Source: Octopus bimaculoides (taxonomy: Eukaryota). From it: a stretch of DNA of 64,000 nt. The position numbers were made by a program, and so were the translations under genes. Below, piece after piece: positions 51,501-63,831 of the stretch (position 1 is its first letter; every line of letters begins with the position of its first letter). The stretch is taken from NCBI RefSeq assembly GCF_001194135.2, contig NC_068983.1, forward strand, positions 42,514,017-42,578,016, written 5' to 3'. The notes beneath the pieces are model-generated. The model was not told the DNA's origin and made no database searches. It saw nothing but the letters and a program-made list of their open reading frames with translations.

Positions 51501-51614
51501 CAAGGAAAAGGTTGAGGGTGATTTCGAAGTTTCGGCTTGCTCACCACCTTCAGACAGTTTGGTGAAGGAGGCAGGCAAGCCAAAACTTCGAAGTCACTTT
51601 CAACCTTTTCCTCG
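51501..51614. mobile_element. 114-bp hairpin MITE (mariner-like TA/CGAGG end)
   Basis: 40-bp arms at 51501-51540 and 51575-51614 with 5 mismatches, an inner CCTTCA/TGAAGG stem, and right end CCTCG followed by TA. Confidence 0.7.
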
Positions 51615-52885
51615 TAACGGTTAATCGACGATTATGTATATGTAAACACACACGCACACATACATATTCTAAAGCACATGGTATGATTTGAGGAAGAATA
51701 GACCGTTATTTTTAGCAGGCAAAGATATCTTCATTGGCTCTTCTTTTTGCTGGGGTTTTTTTCCCCTTTTTTCTACGTAGTTTTAGACATTCTACCTAGG
51801 GCTATATCATGAAATGTATCTTCTGTATTCAAGAGAGTAGGGTACGATGCGAGAAAGATTTGGCTGTTGTGTCTAACAGGTGGAGCGGTCACGTTACCCC
51901 CACCCCCGCTTTCTTTGCCTTTTTTTTTTTTCCATCTTGCCTTCTATGTAATGACAACATCAACGGAGTGAAGACCAAACGGAGAATCGAAACCGGGTAA
52001 TAGAGCCTGCTCCCCCAGAAATCGATTGTTAACATTGATTTCTAACACACAAACACTTGCTAAGACATCGTGTGTGTGAGATCGATTATATCGACAGCCC
52101 CCAACCCCGAATGTAACTGGTGCTGGTATTTAATCAACTGTGGGGAAACGGAAAGCGGAGTCAATCGACGGCGGCCGGATTTGAACTCACAACGCAAAGA
52201 ACTGTAATTAAATAAACGTCAGCCAATTTCAACTGCTGCCGCCGCTTTATCGATTCCGTCGTCCATAAGCCTCATAATGATATCGATTTCCAATAATCTT
52301 GTTTGGAACTGTTTATGGAGAGAGAGAGAGAGAGGGAGGGAAGAGGTGTTTGCATGTGCGCGCGCGTGTGTAAAAGTTACAAGGTGGCATTTGAAATCTA
52401 TGTAAGTTCTGATACAGTGTGTATGTGAGAGAGAGAGAGAAAGAGAGGGGAAGGGAGAGAGAAAGAGAGAGATGGAAAGGTGTGTGATAGGGTGCGCGTG
52501 AGTGAAAGTGTGTATGTGTGAGAGAACGAAAGAGTGTCTTTATACATGTGTAGGAAAGTGTTTGTGTGTGTACGAGGAGAGGGAAAAATAAGTGTGTGTG
52601 TGTGTGTGTGTGTATGTGTTTGTGTACGTTTTGTGTGTAAACAAGAGGCAGGTGATATGTTAGAACACCTTACAGCGGCTATATTATAGCACCGTTATAA
52701 ACAGGTAAATCATGTTATATATTCCCCCAGCAGGTATATATCAACAGTAACGTCGTATAAACAGGTAATGATGTATGCTCAAGAGCTAATGAGCTTATTG
52801 GATTATTATATCCACTGTTGTGTATATAACTCAACTATCTGAATGTACAACGTTATACACTCACTCTCACATTATTGGTGTGTGC

Positions 52886-52920
<35 letters not shown>

Positions 52921-53859
52921 GTAACAATAAATGACGGTAATATTTATATACTATGCAGTGCGTATATAAACAGGAATACCGTGTTTACAACGACGAAATG
53001 TCTACCTGGTCGCAGGGGCTGCTAGAAATGATAGCTAAATTTCTGTGAAACCAAAGGCAGTCTTCTTTAGCAGGGTACTAAACCGAGTAATGTTTAGAAA
53101 TGGAATACTTTGGGTCACAAGTTCAGACTGTGTGCCTGTATAATGAGTACTCATACACACACTGTTAATGATTAAAGGCAAAAACAAAAAAATCTCATCT
53201 GTAAGGAAAGTTTGCGAAACTTGAGAAGCACTATGTATGTATGTATCTCTATCTATCTATCTATCTATCTAATACCGCATACATATATATGTTTAACGCA
53301 TTAACAATTTCAGCTATGCTGTACTTATTCACAGCAACTAAGGAAGCTTGATGCATATGCGTACATAGAGCTCCCATAATTTTATATATACATATACATA
53401 TGTAAAAATATACTTATACAATTTTACGTAAATATACCTGAGAAGGTCTCTCAAGTTCAACCTTGACGTGTATCTTTCTTGACGAATAGAGACACTATTT
53501 ATAAACATATGCGTCAATAACGATTTGGAAAACGTAAAAAACAGAAAAATATATGCATGATTGCGCGTACACACGTAAACCGTTATCCCAGGGACAACAA
53601 ACAAGCATTATAGCATTAATGCATCTCAAGAAATATCTAAAATTTGGGCCCTTAAGGAGTTACTTCCCATTAGGAAATCTGTCCCCCCAGAAAATTTAGA
53701 CAAACAATTAGCGACGAAGGGGAGCAAAAAAATGATCTCGATAAACCCCTTTTGTGGATAGACGGTCGTGTTGTTTCAATCAATTTTCTTTACGAGAAAC
53801 TTTGCAACAATTTAGTAAAATAAACTATAACTTTCTTTCTTTCTATCTATCTACCCCCC

Positions 53860-53987
53860 TTTTTTTTCTTTCCTACGATCCCTTTTGATCGAGCCCCCCT
53901 TTTTTCTCTCCTCCACCCTCCCAAAAAGAAAAGCTCTATATTGTATTTGTCCCCTCTGTGTAAAGCCCTGTGTGGGTAATAAAAGAA

Positions 53988-54020
<33 letters not shown>
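53860..54020 (+). mobile_element. Possible LINE 3' terminus (pyrimidine-rich UTR, AATAAA-like signal, (TATC)n tail)
   Basis: GCCCTGTGTGGGTAATAAAAGAAA followed directly by (TATC)n. Confidence 0.3.
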
Positions 54021-54021
<1 letters not shown>

Positions 54022-54717
54022 ATTACTTGTGCGTCTATACTATCGTTGTTGACCAACTAGGATCTCTTATCGTTCGTATTGTATCACAGATATAATGACA
54101 GTAGGTACAATGTAAAAGTAATGTGGGTCTTAAACTGGATAATAACGTCCCCTTGTGATAATTGAGTCTTCACAAGGATTAATTCTTTTTCAAGGAAATG
54201 ATTTTTCTTAGAATGTCTTTAATAATTCCCATTAAAACATAGCATAACATACACTAATTAACATGAATATTTAAAAATAAGCACATGCTGGTAAGGACAA
54301 TATAAGAAAATATGGATAAGAAGCCACTGCATAAAATTAGCTTCTGGTTTGATTAAAACAACTGCGTTTCCCCCACTCACTTTGGATACAACATTGTAAC
54401 GGTGATGGAGGTGGGGCATTTGTACAATACCAGTGAGCGAGAGAAGTACTGAGTAACAACAACAACAACAAAAAGGACGTGAATTACTCGGCATCAGTAT
54501 GAAGTCTCAAATGAGTTGATATTAACCCCTTTGTTACGGTTTTTCTGCTGAAATACAGTGCCATTCTTTCAGTTAATTTAAAAAATAAACAATTTAGTAA
54601 AATCATCGTGATTCTCAACCAGGGTCCATATAAGATTTTAAAAGACTAACTGCAATAAAATTGGTTATACTCCTACAATACACAGAACAATTTAACAATT
54701 TTCTTATAAAATTCCTA

Positions 54718-55134
54718 GGCGCAGGAGTGGCTGTGTAGTAAGTAGCTTGCTTACCAACCACATGGTTCCGGGTTCAGTCCCACTGCGTGGCACCTTGGGC
54801 AAGTGCATTCTACTATAGCCTTGGGCCGACCAAAGCCTTGTGAGTGGATTTGGTAGACGGAAACTGAAAGAAGCCCGTCGTATATATGTATATGTATATA
54901 TATATGTATGTGTGTATATGTTTGTGTGTCTGTGTTTGTCCCCTCAACATCGCTTGACAACCGATGCTGGTGTGTTTATGTCCCCGTAACTTAGCGGTTT
55001 GGCAAAAAGAGACCGATAGAATAAGTACTAGGCTTTCAAAGAATAAGTCCTGGGGTCGATTTTCTCGACTAAAGGCGGTGCTCCAGCATGGCTGCAGTCA
55101 AATGACTGAAACAAGTAAAAGAGTAAAAGAGAGT
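54718..55134 (+). mobile_element. SINE family A, best-preserved copy
   Basis: GGCGCAGGAGTGGCTGTGTAGTAAGTAGCTTG...GGTTCCGGGTTCAGTCCC...AAATGACTGAAACAAG(TAAAAGAG)n; many CpGs intact. Confidence 0.92.
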
Positions 55135-56539
55135 AATATATAATCAAAAATGTATAATAGATTTTTTTTTTTAGAACATGTGAAATGTAACCTCAGAACA
55201 ATACCAATATTGGTGTTGTGAGGGTCTATCCAAGTTAGATAGGAATCAAAAGGTAACACATGATCCTCATTCACAACACTTTAAAGCATGAAGTTTGTGT
55301 CATAGAACCAAGGGCAGTGTCAAGTCGGTTGAAATCTAAAGGGTTCGAAGATTAGTTTGTAAAATTCTGCAATTAGGAAATTATAAATTATTAAATTCTA
55401 ATTTGTTAATGTTTCATAAAACAGATCACCGACTGACTATCAGTCATCTGGTCCGCTATCTTATCACCATGTTTTGCAGCCTCATTTTACATTATTCCAG
55501 TTCACCCAGTTAACCTTGCCGCATTACTTCATCCTTACTGTTCTGGTGAGAAACAGCTGTAAGCATACATCTCACTCCATTTCTTCAATAACCACAGACC
55601 ACCTAGCTCTCAAGAATCAGCAGTAAATTGCTGTCTGAATTCTTCATTAGACCTTTTTGATACCAGCCCACCTGATACCACTCTAAGTTTTACGATACAA
55701 ATTTCATTTCAACACCTGTGGTTAATCACAAACTTTACAGAATTGTCCTATATGCACCATTGGTAGCACATTTTTGTAATTTGGGAAATTATTCTATTCT
55801 TTATCACTGACATGGTTTCAAGGATATTTAAATAACATGAGTGCTAAATATAATATTTTACATTAATGAAGTTTGTGTCATAAAACCAGGGGCAGTCTTG
55901 AGACAGCTAGAATCTAAAGTTTAATTATGAAATACTGTTAAAATACAAAAAAAAAAAAAAAAAATTTACATTTCCTTGTAATTAAAGAGTATGTTGTGTG
56001 ACCAGAAATACATGGCATCATTATTAAGGTCTAAAAGCAGGCCATGGCAGTTAATGTGTTAAAGTGATCTAAATTAAAAAGTTCATGTTAATTTATGTTC
56101 TAAATATTAGCTTCATAGTGATAGTTGCTGTAAATTCTACATTATTTTTGAAAATTAATTGAAACAAGACAGGGTATTTCAACAGGAATATGGCACAAAA
56201 TGGTTAATTATTTTGTTTCTAGCTGAGACCAACATTTTTCAATTGAGCCAGACATGAACCCTAATTGAAACTGAGTCTGACTAAAGGTTTCAAGTGACAA
56301 AAATATGCCCAGGTCATTCTCAGGGGTACTGGCTGCATGTTTGTTGTTCGACAGATTGGGAGATTGCCACCTCTTGTGGAAACAAATTGGGAGTTGGTGA
56401 TAAGAAGGGCACCCAGCCATAGAAAACTGTCCCACACAAGAATAGGAAAGTGACCATTAATCAAATGATTATGATGATGATGGTCTCAGGCATGTTTGTA
56501 TCGAAAGGGTTAAAAGATAGAAGGGAGTTTATGGAAACC

Positions 56540-57545
56540 TAAGAGTCTTCTAGTATAGCTCCAGGCACATCAAAATCTTGTGAGTGGATTTGGTAGACAG
56601 AAATTGAAAGAAGTTTATCATGTATGTGTATGATAGTGTTCATCACTATCCCACCACTAGTGTAGGTTTGTTTACATCCCCATAGCTTGAGCAGTTCAGT
56701 GAAAGAAAGCAACAAAATAAGTACTAGACTTACAAAATAACCTAAGTAACAGGGTCAATTTGTTTGACTAAAATCCTTCAGGGCACAGCCCCAGGATGGT
56801 TGCAGTCCAATGACTGAAACAAGTTAAAGATAGAATATATCTACAAAGAAATAGAATACTAACAGTGAAATATACTGTACGGTGCATGGAACAAAAAATA
56901 AGTCTAACATATCGGACATGTATTTGCCCTTGTAGGAAAATAACTGTCTTATCACTCAGCCACATTTGGATAACTTCCTACCATTACACGGAATCACTGT
57001 TTGCCTCATTTTCTGCTGCTCTGGAATTATGAAGGAACGGCATTGCTCTGTAATGAGTAATAAAGAGAACTTATCACTGGAAATGAAATTCTATCCGTAA
57101 AATGCTTCAGCAAACTTGCTCCGATTACAAAGCCACTCCTGCTTAATCACAAAACAGATCAATATGTTACATGTGAAGAAACAGAAGCAATACTACTGCA
57201 TTATTAATTTTCTCTTGAACAACGCCAGACAGATTCTGGAAAGGAATATATAATAATAATTTTTTACTTGCTTCAGTCATTTGACTGTGGCAAACACTGG
57301 GACACTGCCTTGAAGAACTTTCAGTCATACAAAAAAAACCTTAGTGAAAAAAAAAAGAAAAGAAAAAAAAAACAACCTTATTCTAGTACTCTCTTTCATT
57401 GAACCATTAAGTTACAGGGGATATAAACAAACCAACACAAGTCAAGTAGAGGTAGGGGACAAAAACAGAAGAAACACATAGAGAGAGAAAGAGAGATAAA
57501 CGGATATACAATAGGCTTCTTTCAGTTTCCAGCCACCAAATCCAC
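56540..57545. mobile_element. Two decayed family A copies (plus about 56540-56830, minus about 57265-57545)
   Basis: TTGTGAGTGGATTTGGTAGACAGAAATTGAAAGAAG on plus; CTTGCTTCAGTCATTTGACTG...GGCTTCTTTCAGTTTCC on minus. Confidence 0.7.
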
Positions 57546-57866
57546 ACACAGACTCATCTAGAAGAAATATTTATTCTTGTGCTATTGATTGCTTTTATAA
57601 TAAGATGTTGATTGGGTGTTTGTAGAGAAGTTAGCCATTGTCTATGCATCGATGGTTGTGTGTCTACATCAATAAAATATTTATTAATGGATTCGATACA
57701 TAGAAAAGTCAGACTACAACCTCATATGAAATTCTATACGAAAGGCTTGAACCACTTCAATTCCAATGCTGACACCACCCACACTCTCCATGTTCTCAAA
57801 GAACTACAATTTCCGTCTCCACAATGGACGAAGAAATGCACTAATTAATATTGAATAATGCTAAAA

Positions 57867-58079
57867 CGGTGAGCTGGTAGAATCATTAGCATGCCAGGCA
57901 ATATGCTTAGTGGCATTTTGTCCGTATATACGTTTTGAGTTCAAATCTCACCAAGGTCAGCTTTGTCTTCCATTCTTTCAGGGCTCCATAAAATAAGCAC
58001 CAGTTGAGCATTAGGGTCGACGTAATCAATTTAAACCCTTACCCCCAAAATTGCTGGCCTTGTGCCAAAATTTGCAACC
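57867..58079 (+). mobile_element. SINE family B copy with 17-bp target-site duplication
   Basis: AATATTGAATAATGCTA at 57847-57863 and 58080-58096; head GGTGAGCTGGTAGAATCATTAGC and B-box GAGTTCAAATC. Confidence 0.9.
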
Positions 58080-58445
58080 AATATTGAATAATGCTATGAC
58101 CATTTCCATGCTCTCAAAACATGATGTAACACGTAGGAAAGATTCCAAAGCAATTTGGTAAGAAAATAACTGAGAAATATGGAGTTCCATTAATATCTCT
58201 CCTCATGTTTCTTTAATGACTCAAGGTACAATTACGGTCATCATCATCGTTTAACATCCGCTAGCATGGGTTGGATGGTTTGACTAAGGGCTGGAAAGCT
58301 AAGAGGCTGCACTTTTCTTGGATAACAGAAATGCAACTGTAACATCCTACATATATTTTTACTTTTATTCTCGTATTTCCCTTTATACTTTCTATATCCA
58401 TCCTCTTCCAAAATAACTCCCCTTCAAGTTAACTCTCTCATATCA

Positions 58446-58491
58446 TCTCTGATGAAGGGATATCCTTAATGTCCCAGAAACAGCTGTAAGA
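58446..58491 (+). ncRNA. Minimal type-I hammerhead ribozyme-like motif, probably within a Penelope-like element remnant
   Basis: Stem I TCT/AGA (3 bp); core CTGATGA at 58449-58455; stem II GGGATA/TGTCCC with a 7-nt loop; GAAA at 58477-58480; palindromic loop-less stem III ACAGCTGT; GUA triplet ending at 58488. There is an extra A on each side of stem II (non-canonical). Confidence 0.5.
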
Positions 58492-58609
58492 CTACCTTTC
58501 TCTTTATAAATGTCTTATAAATTCCATACAGCTTTGGCTTTGTTGTCTCATTTTTATTTAACACACACACACACACACACATATATACACATATATATAT
58601 ATACACATA

Positions 58610-58687
<78 letters not shown>

Positions 58688-58699
58688 TATATACATATA

Positions 58700-58857
58700 T
58701 ATGCCAGGCTTCTGTCCCATCTATCAAATCCACTCACAAGATTTTGGTTAGTCTGAGGATATAGTAGAAGACACTTGCCCAAGATGCCATGCAGTGGGAT
58801 TGAACTTGGAGCCATGTGGTTGGGAGGCAAACTGCTTACCACAGAGCCATGCCTGCA
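58700..58857 (-). mobile_element. SINE family A 5' half
   Basis: CAAATCCACTCACAAG...GACACTTGCCCAAG...ACCACAGAGCCATGCCTG. Confidence 0.8.
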
Positions 58858-59365
58858 TCTATATTAGCTGATAATATTTCAGTAACTAAGCTGAATATCG
58901 TAAATGTTTGCAATGTAATTTGTAAAGGCCACATAAAAATCCATTAGAAGCTGGAACGTCAATACGTGTAGCATCAATTGTTAACAGCTTGAGCAAATCA
59001 AAGAAACGTCCACTGAAGTCGGGCATTAAGACTGTGGGAGAGAAGGAGGTTGTAGCTCCAGAGAAGTTTGCCCATAACAGAAAAATATCCTCTTTTAAAC
59101 AATATCACTTCAATATTCTCCACGGAAACTTCAAAGAATCAATAAGAGCTGCACATATAAAAAGATTATACTTCATATGCTGCATTGAACTGATCAAAAG
59201 AACACAGATATTGAGAGGAAGGTTTTAAGGTCTATAAAAGTAAATAGCAGATGGGAAATATTGTTAGAGAAGAAAAGAAAAGAAAAAAATCCCAAAATCT
59301 TTCAATAAGTTGCAGTTCTAGAACATTCAAATACAGATTTCCACAGGCAAAGCATCACTTATGAT

Positions 59366-59542
59366 AGCTCTAGTCTTTAATCACCACAGTTCTAGTCATT
59401 AATCACCACGTGTAACTCGCTCAGAACAGAACTAGTCATCATTCATCGTAGCTCTCTTCATCAATCACCATACCTCTAGACATTACTCACAACAGCTCTA
59501 GTCATCACTCACCACACACCTAGCAGACCTCACAGGTCTAGG
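59366..59542. repeat. Degenerate 22-bp minisatellite (about 8 units)
   Basis: The consensus AGCTCTAGTCATTAATCACCAC recurs with substitutions and two short units. Confidence 0.75.
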
Positions 59543-61070
59543 TACCAAACGATAATTACTTCCCCAAACTTATGCAAATTTCAAGGAATTTTAATGGAAC
59601 TAATTTATTCAGTTACTATCTAACTTAGATTAATCATTAGTCAATTACTCATTTAGGCAGCAACATTAATCATTATTTAAATATAATTCCAGAGGAAAAT
59701 GTCCACACACACACACAAATGATTTTGTTTTCAAAATGAAAATATTCATGCGATAAAAATTGCTTGCAACAATAAGTGTTTGACTAGGAAAAAAAGACAA
59801 AAAACATATCTGTTTGCAAAGATAATCCTTAGATATTATTTGGAAACACATGTCCAAAAAATACTGTATTATTGTGTATTGCATTATTAGACAGCTCAGA
59901 TAATCTATCAGCTTATGTTTGTGTGTGTTCATTGAACCAGAAAGAAGACAAGACCAATCTCTTCAAGAACTTCATTTAACTTTCAGTTTTCCATGCTGGC
60001 ATGGGTCAGATGGAATTAACTGAGGAGGACTGTCTATAGCTGGATGCTCTTCTTTCACCAACTCTCACCCATTTTCAGACATGTTTTCATAGAAGGTCAG
60101 ATGTGAAGGACACCGCGTACATGATGGCCACACTGGCATACAACTATTAAGCAATGTCCAGACAACGAGATACGAACACATACACAAAAGGCTTCAGTTA
60201 GCCTGGAGTTACAGTAAAAAACCCTTGTCAAAAGTGCCCTGCAGTAGAGACTGAACTGAGAACCATGTGGTTGGGATGTAAACTTCTCAACTACACGGCC
60301 ACACTGCATCATGGGCAAGTGTCCTCTACAATAGCCTCAGGTTGCCAAAAGCCTTGTGAGTAGATTTGGTAAATGGACACTGAAAGAAGGCCATTGTGTG
60401 TGTGTATGTATATATATAACAAATAATAAATGAGTATATGCATATATACGTACAGGTATGTGCATACCTACGTCTACCTGTATATATAGGTGTATATCTG
60501 GGTACAGGACATTGCAAACAAAACGTAGACAAGAAAATAATAATAACCAGAGTACAGAAAACACACCAGCCACAAACAGAACTTTTTCTTTCATCAGCTA
60601 CCCCCATTTTAACACCGGCGTTTCGAAGAGTTGGGCAGGACGCATCGTTAAAACGGCTCTTCCCATGGACCGCAAATCAAATTTGTATACACAAATTAAA
60701 CCTGTGCCATGGAGGAATGTCGTGGCGGACAAAAAACAAGACAGGAAAACAAACGGAAATATATATANNNNNNNNNNNNNNNNNNNNNNNNNNNNNNNNN
60801 NNNNNNNNNNNNNNNNNNNNNNNNNNNNNNNNNNNNNNNNNNNNNNNNNNNNNNNNNNNNNNNNNNNNNNNNNNNNNNNNNNNNNNNNNNNNNNNNNNNN
60901 NNNNNNNNNNNNNNNNNNNNNNNNNNNNNNNNNNNNNNNNNNNNNNNNNNNNNNNNNNNNNNNNNNNNNNNNNNNNNNNNNNNNNNNNNNAGGAAGAGCA
61001 TCCGGCTGTAGAAAATCTGCGACCCATGGAAGCATGGGAAAGTGGACATTAAATTGATAATGATGATGAA

Positions 61071-61131
<61 letters not shown>

Positions 61132-61539
61132 GAGTTTCCTGCATGAACTAGACATTTTATGAACAGATGCAACGAAAAAGTTAATTACGAAACACAAAAG
61201 TTAACCCACATAATCTATTTAAACGTTAATGATAACAATATGGTCAGTTCCCATCAGTGAAATGAATGATAAAACATTAAAGGAAGGTTAAACGGTAGCA
61301 ATAAACGCTGTCAAATGTCAGCTTGTTATTTCATTAAAAACATATTAAAAGGAAAGGGTCAGATTTTTACTTGCTTTTGTTTATAATATACATACACACA
61401 CATACACATACGGTGGGGAGGCATGGTTGTGTGGTGAAGAAGCTTACTGTGCAGTCATACAGCGTCCGGTTCAGTCCCACTGCATGGCACCTTGGACAAG
61501 TGTCTTCTGTTACAACCCTGGGCCAACGAATGTTATCAT

Positions 61540-61830
61540 CATCATTTAACGTCCTGGATTAGGTTGGATGGTTTGACTGAGGTAGTCTGGAGAGCTAGCA
61601 GCTGCACCATGCTCCAATCTGATCTGGCAAGGTTTCTACAACTGGATGCCCTTCCTAATGCCAACCACTCCGAGAGTGTAGTAGGTACTTTTTACGTGCC
61701 ACCGGTACAGGATCCAGTCAGGCGAGCCTGGCATTGATCATGTTTGGATAGTGCCTTTTACGTGCCACCGACATGGGGGCCAGTCAGGGGGTACTGGCAT
61801 CGGCCACATTCTGATGTTGCATTTTACATA
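61540..61830 (-). mobile_element. Family C copy interrupting a family A SINE (head about 61415-61525, 3' half about 61860-61990)
   Basis: Core CTGGATGCCCTTCCTAATGCCAACCACTCCGAG lies between the A head (CAGTCCCACTGCATGGCACCTTGG) and the A tail (AACTTAGCGGTTT). Confidence 0.75.
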
Positions 61831-62139
61831 CCATCCGGCATGGATGGTAGATAGAGACTGTGTGGAAGCCATCAGATAAACGTGTTTGTGTGTGTACCCC
61901 TTGTGTTTGTCCTCTGAGTGCTTGACAACAGGTGTCAGTTTGTTTACATTCAAATAACTTAGCGGTTTAGAAAAAAAGGTTAACAGAATAAAATATAAAA
62001 AAAAAAAAAAAAATGAACACAAATACAGGGGTTAATGTGTATGTATGTGTGTGTGGTTGTGGGAGGAACTTGTGAAAGGGGGATGCAGGAAGATGTGGGA
62101 TGAAGTGGTGAGAAAGGGTTCTTAGGACGCTGGGAAATG

Positions 62140-62390
62140 ACAAGGGACCAGGAGTTGTGGTGCCTCACTGTACTTGAGAGGACGTGTCAAGCAAAGTAAA
62201 ATTGCTGTCACCCATGGAAAATATGTAAGAAGCACCCAGCATACTCTGTAAAGTGATTGGTATAAGGAAGGGCATCCAGCCATAGAAACCATGCCACAAT
62301 TGCAGCCTGGAGAGCTACTAGTCTGGACAGCTCCTGTCAAATCGGCCAACCCATGCCAGCATGGAAAATAGATGATGATGACGACGATAC
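62140..62390 (+). mobile_element. Family C copy
   Basis: AGGAAGGGCATCCAGCCATAGAAACC core and (GAT)n tail. Other fragments occur near 39510, 41100, 56390, 58240, 59975 and 60990. Confidence 0.75.
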
Positions 62391-62639
62391 TTTGGTGTGA
62401 AGGCACATGGCTCAGTGGTTAGAGCGTTGAGCTTATGATCGTGAGGTTGTGAGTTTGATTCCCGGACTGGGCTGTGTGTTGTGCTCTTGAACAAGACACT
62501 TAATTTAGACCATACTGGAGCACTGCCTTCAAAAGGTTCTTTTTTAGCCAATCACAATGATCCTTGCATGTATTCAGTCTGATAAGTTATTTTGGCAATT
62601 TCTGTTTGTCTCTTTTGCTTTTTTTATAATAAAAACACG

Positions 62640-63000
62640 GGCACAGATGTGACTGTAATAAGACGCTTGCTTCCCAACCACATGGTTCCAGGTTCAGTCC
62701 CACTGTGTGGCACCTTGGACAAGTGTCTTCTATAGCCTCAAAGCCGTGTGAGTGAATTTGGTAGACAGAAACCGAAAGCAGCCTATCATATGTGTATGAG
62801 TGTGTGTGTATCACTCACTACTTCTTGACAACTGGTGTTGGTGTGGTTATGTCCCTGTAACTTAACAGTTCAGCTAAAAATATTGATAAAATAAGGATCA
62901 GCTTTAAAAGAAAAAAAGGTACTGGGGTTGATCCATTCAACTAAAAAATTCACGATGGTGCCCCAGCATAGCCATAGTCTACTGACGGAAACACACCAAA
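62640..63000 (+). mobile_element. SINE family A copy
   Basis: Head, body and tail motifs. Confidence 0.8.
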
Positions 63001-63624
63001 GATAAAAAAAAATATACAAATTTAACCATGTATAACTGCTTTGCAAAGTGCTAACCAAACTAAGACTACAGTAGAAAACAAAGCCAAAGACCTAAGGTGC
63101 CACATAGGATTGAATCTCGAACCACGATTGTAAAACCAAACTTGTTAACCAGACAACTATGTCATCAAAGGAGGAAATCTCCAACGATACCATCATGACT
63201 TGACAACTTTAATTAGTGTGATACTAACTAGCTTAACGAAGAAACAACAAATAAAACAGGTTTATAATCACTACCGTCTGCATATTTTGACGTGGGGGGC
63301 TTGGGATAGTGTGCTGCATGTTTTCAGTAATTAATAGGAAACGCCAATGAAATAATATATTGAATGTAGATTAAGTGCCCTAAGTTTTTACATCATCATC
63401 ATAATCCTAATTAATGTCTTGATTTTGGTGTACAGGTTAGGCAGCTTTGTTCAGCCACATGTATCGGATTAAGCTATCAAGTAGTTGCAATCCGCCGAAG
63501 AAAGCAGGTGATAGCTTGTGTAACGGGAGAAGAGACTTATACAGACGGGTATCCAAGTCCATTATTAACTGGAATTGAATCTATGTGTGTAAGAGTATAA
63601 TAATAATAAAAATAATAATAATGA

Positions 63625-63825
63625 TTTTAAGTTTTGATACAAGGCCGGAAACATTGGAGAAGAGGGATAGTTGATTACATCAACCAATACTTATTTTATC
63701 AACCTTGGAAAGATAAAAGGTAAGGTCACACCACAGTAGAATTTGATCTCAGAACATGAAGACCGACAAAATGCTCCAGAGCATTTTAACTAGTGTGCTA
63801 ATGATTCAGCCAGCTCGCCACCGTT
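63625..63825 (-). mobile_element. SINE family B copy
   Basis: TAA flank, GGAAAGATAAAAGGTAAGGTC, CAGCCAGCTCGCCACC end. A CpG-retaining decayed copy also lies at about 52080-52260. Confidence 0.75.
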
Positions 63826-63831
63826 ATAATT

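Noticed and set aside
58925-59228. About 100 open codons on plus (SKSKKRPLKSGIKTVGEKEVVAPEKFAHNRKISSF...) and about 70 on minus
   Set aside because: No family match that I can recognise and weak splice context; several ORFs of this size are expected by chance. Worth a BLAST but not supportable.
17123-61197. The longest ORFs in the track (for example 24223-25113, 29163-29873, 50247-51170, 60438-61057)
   Set aside because: They are open only because they run through N gaps or TA/CA microsatellites.
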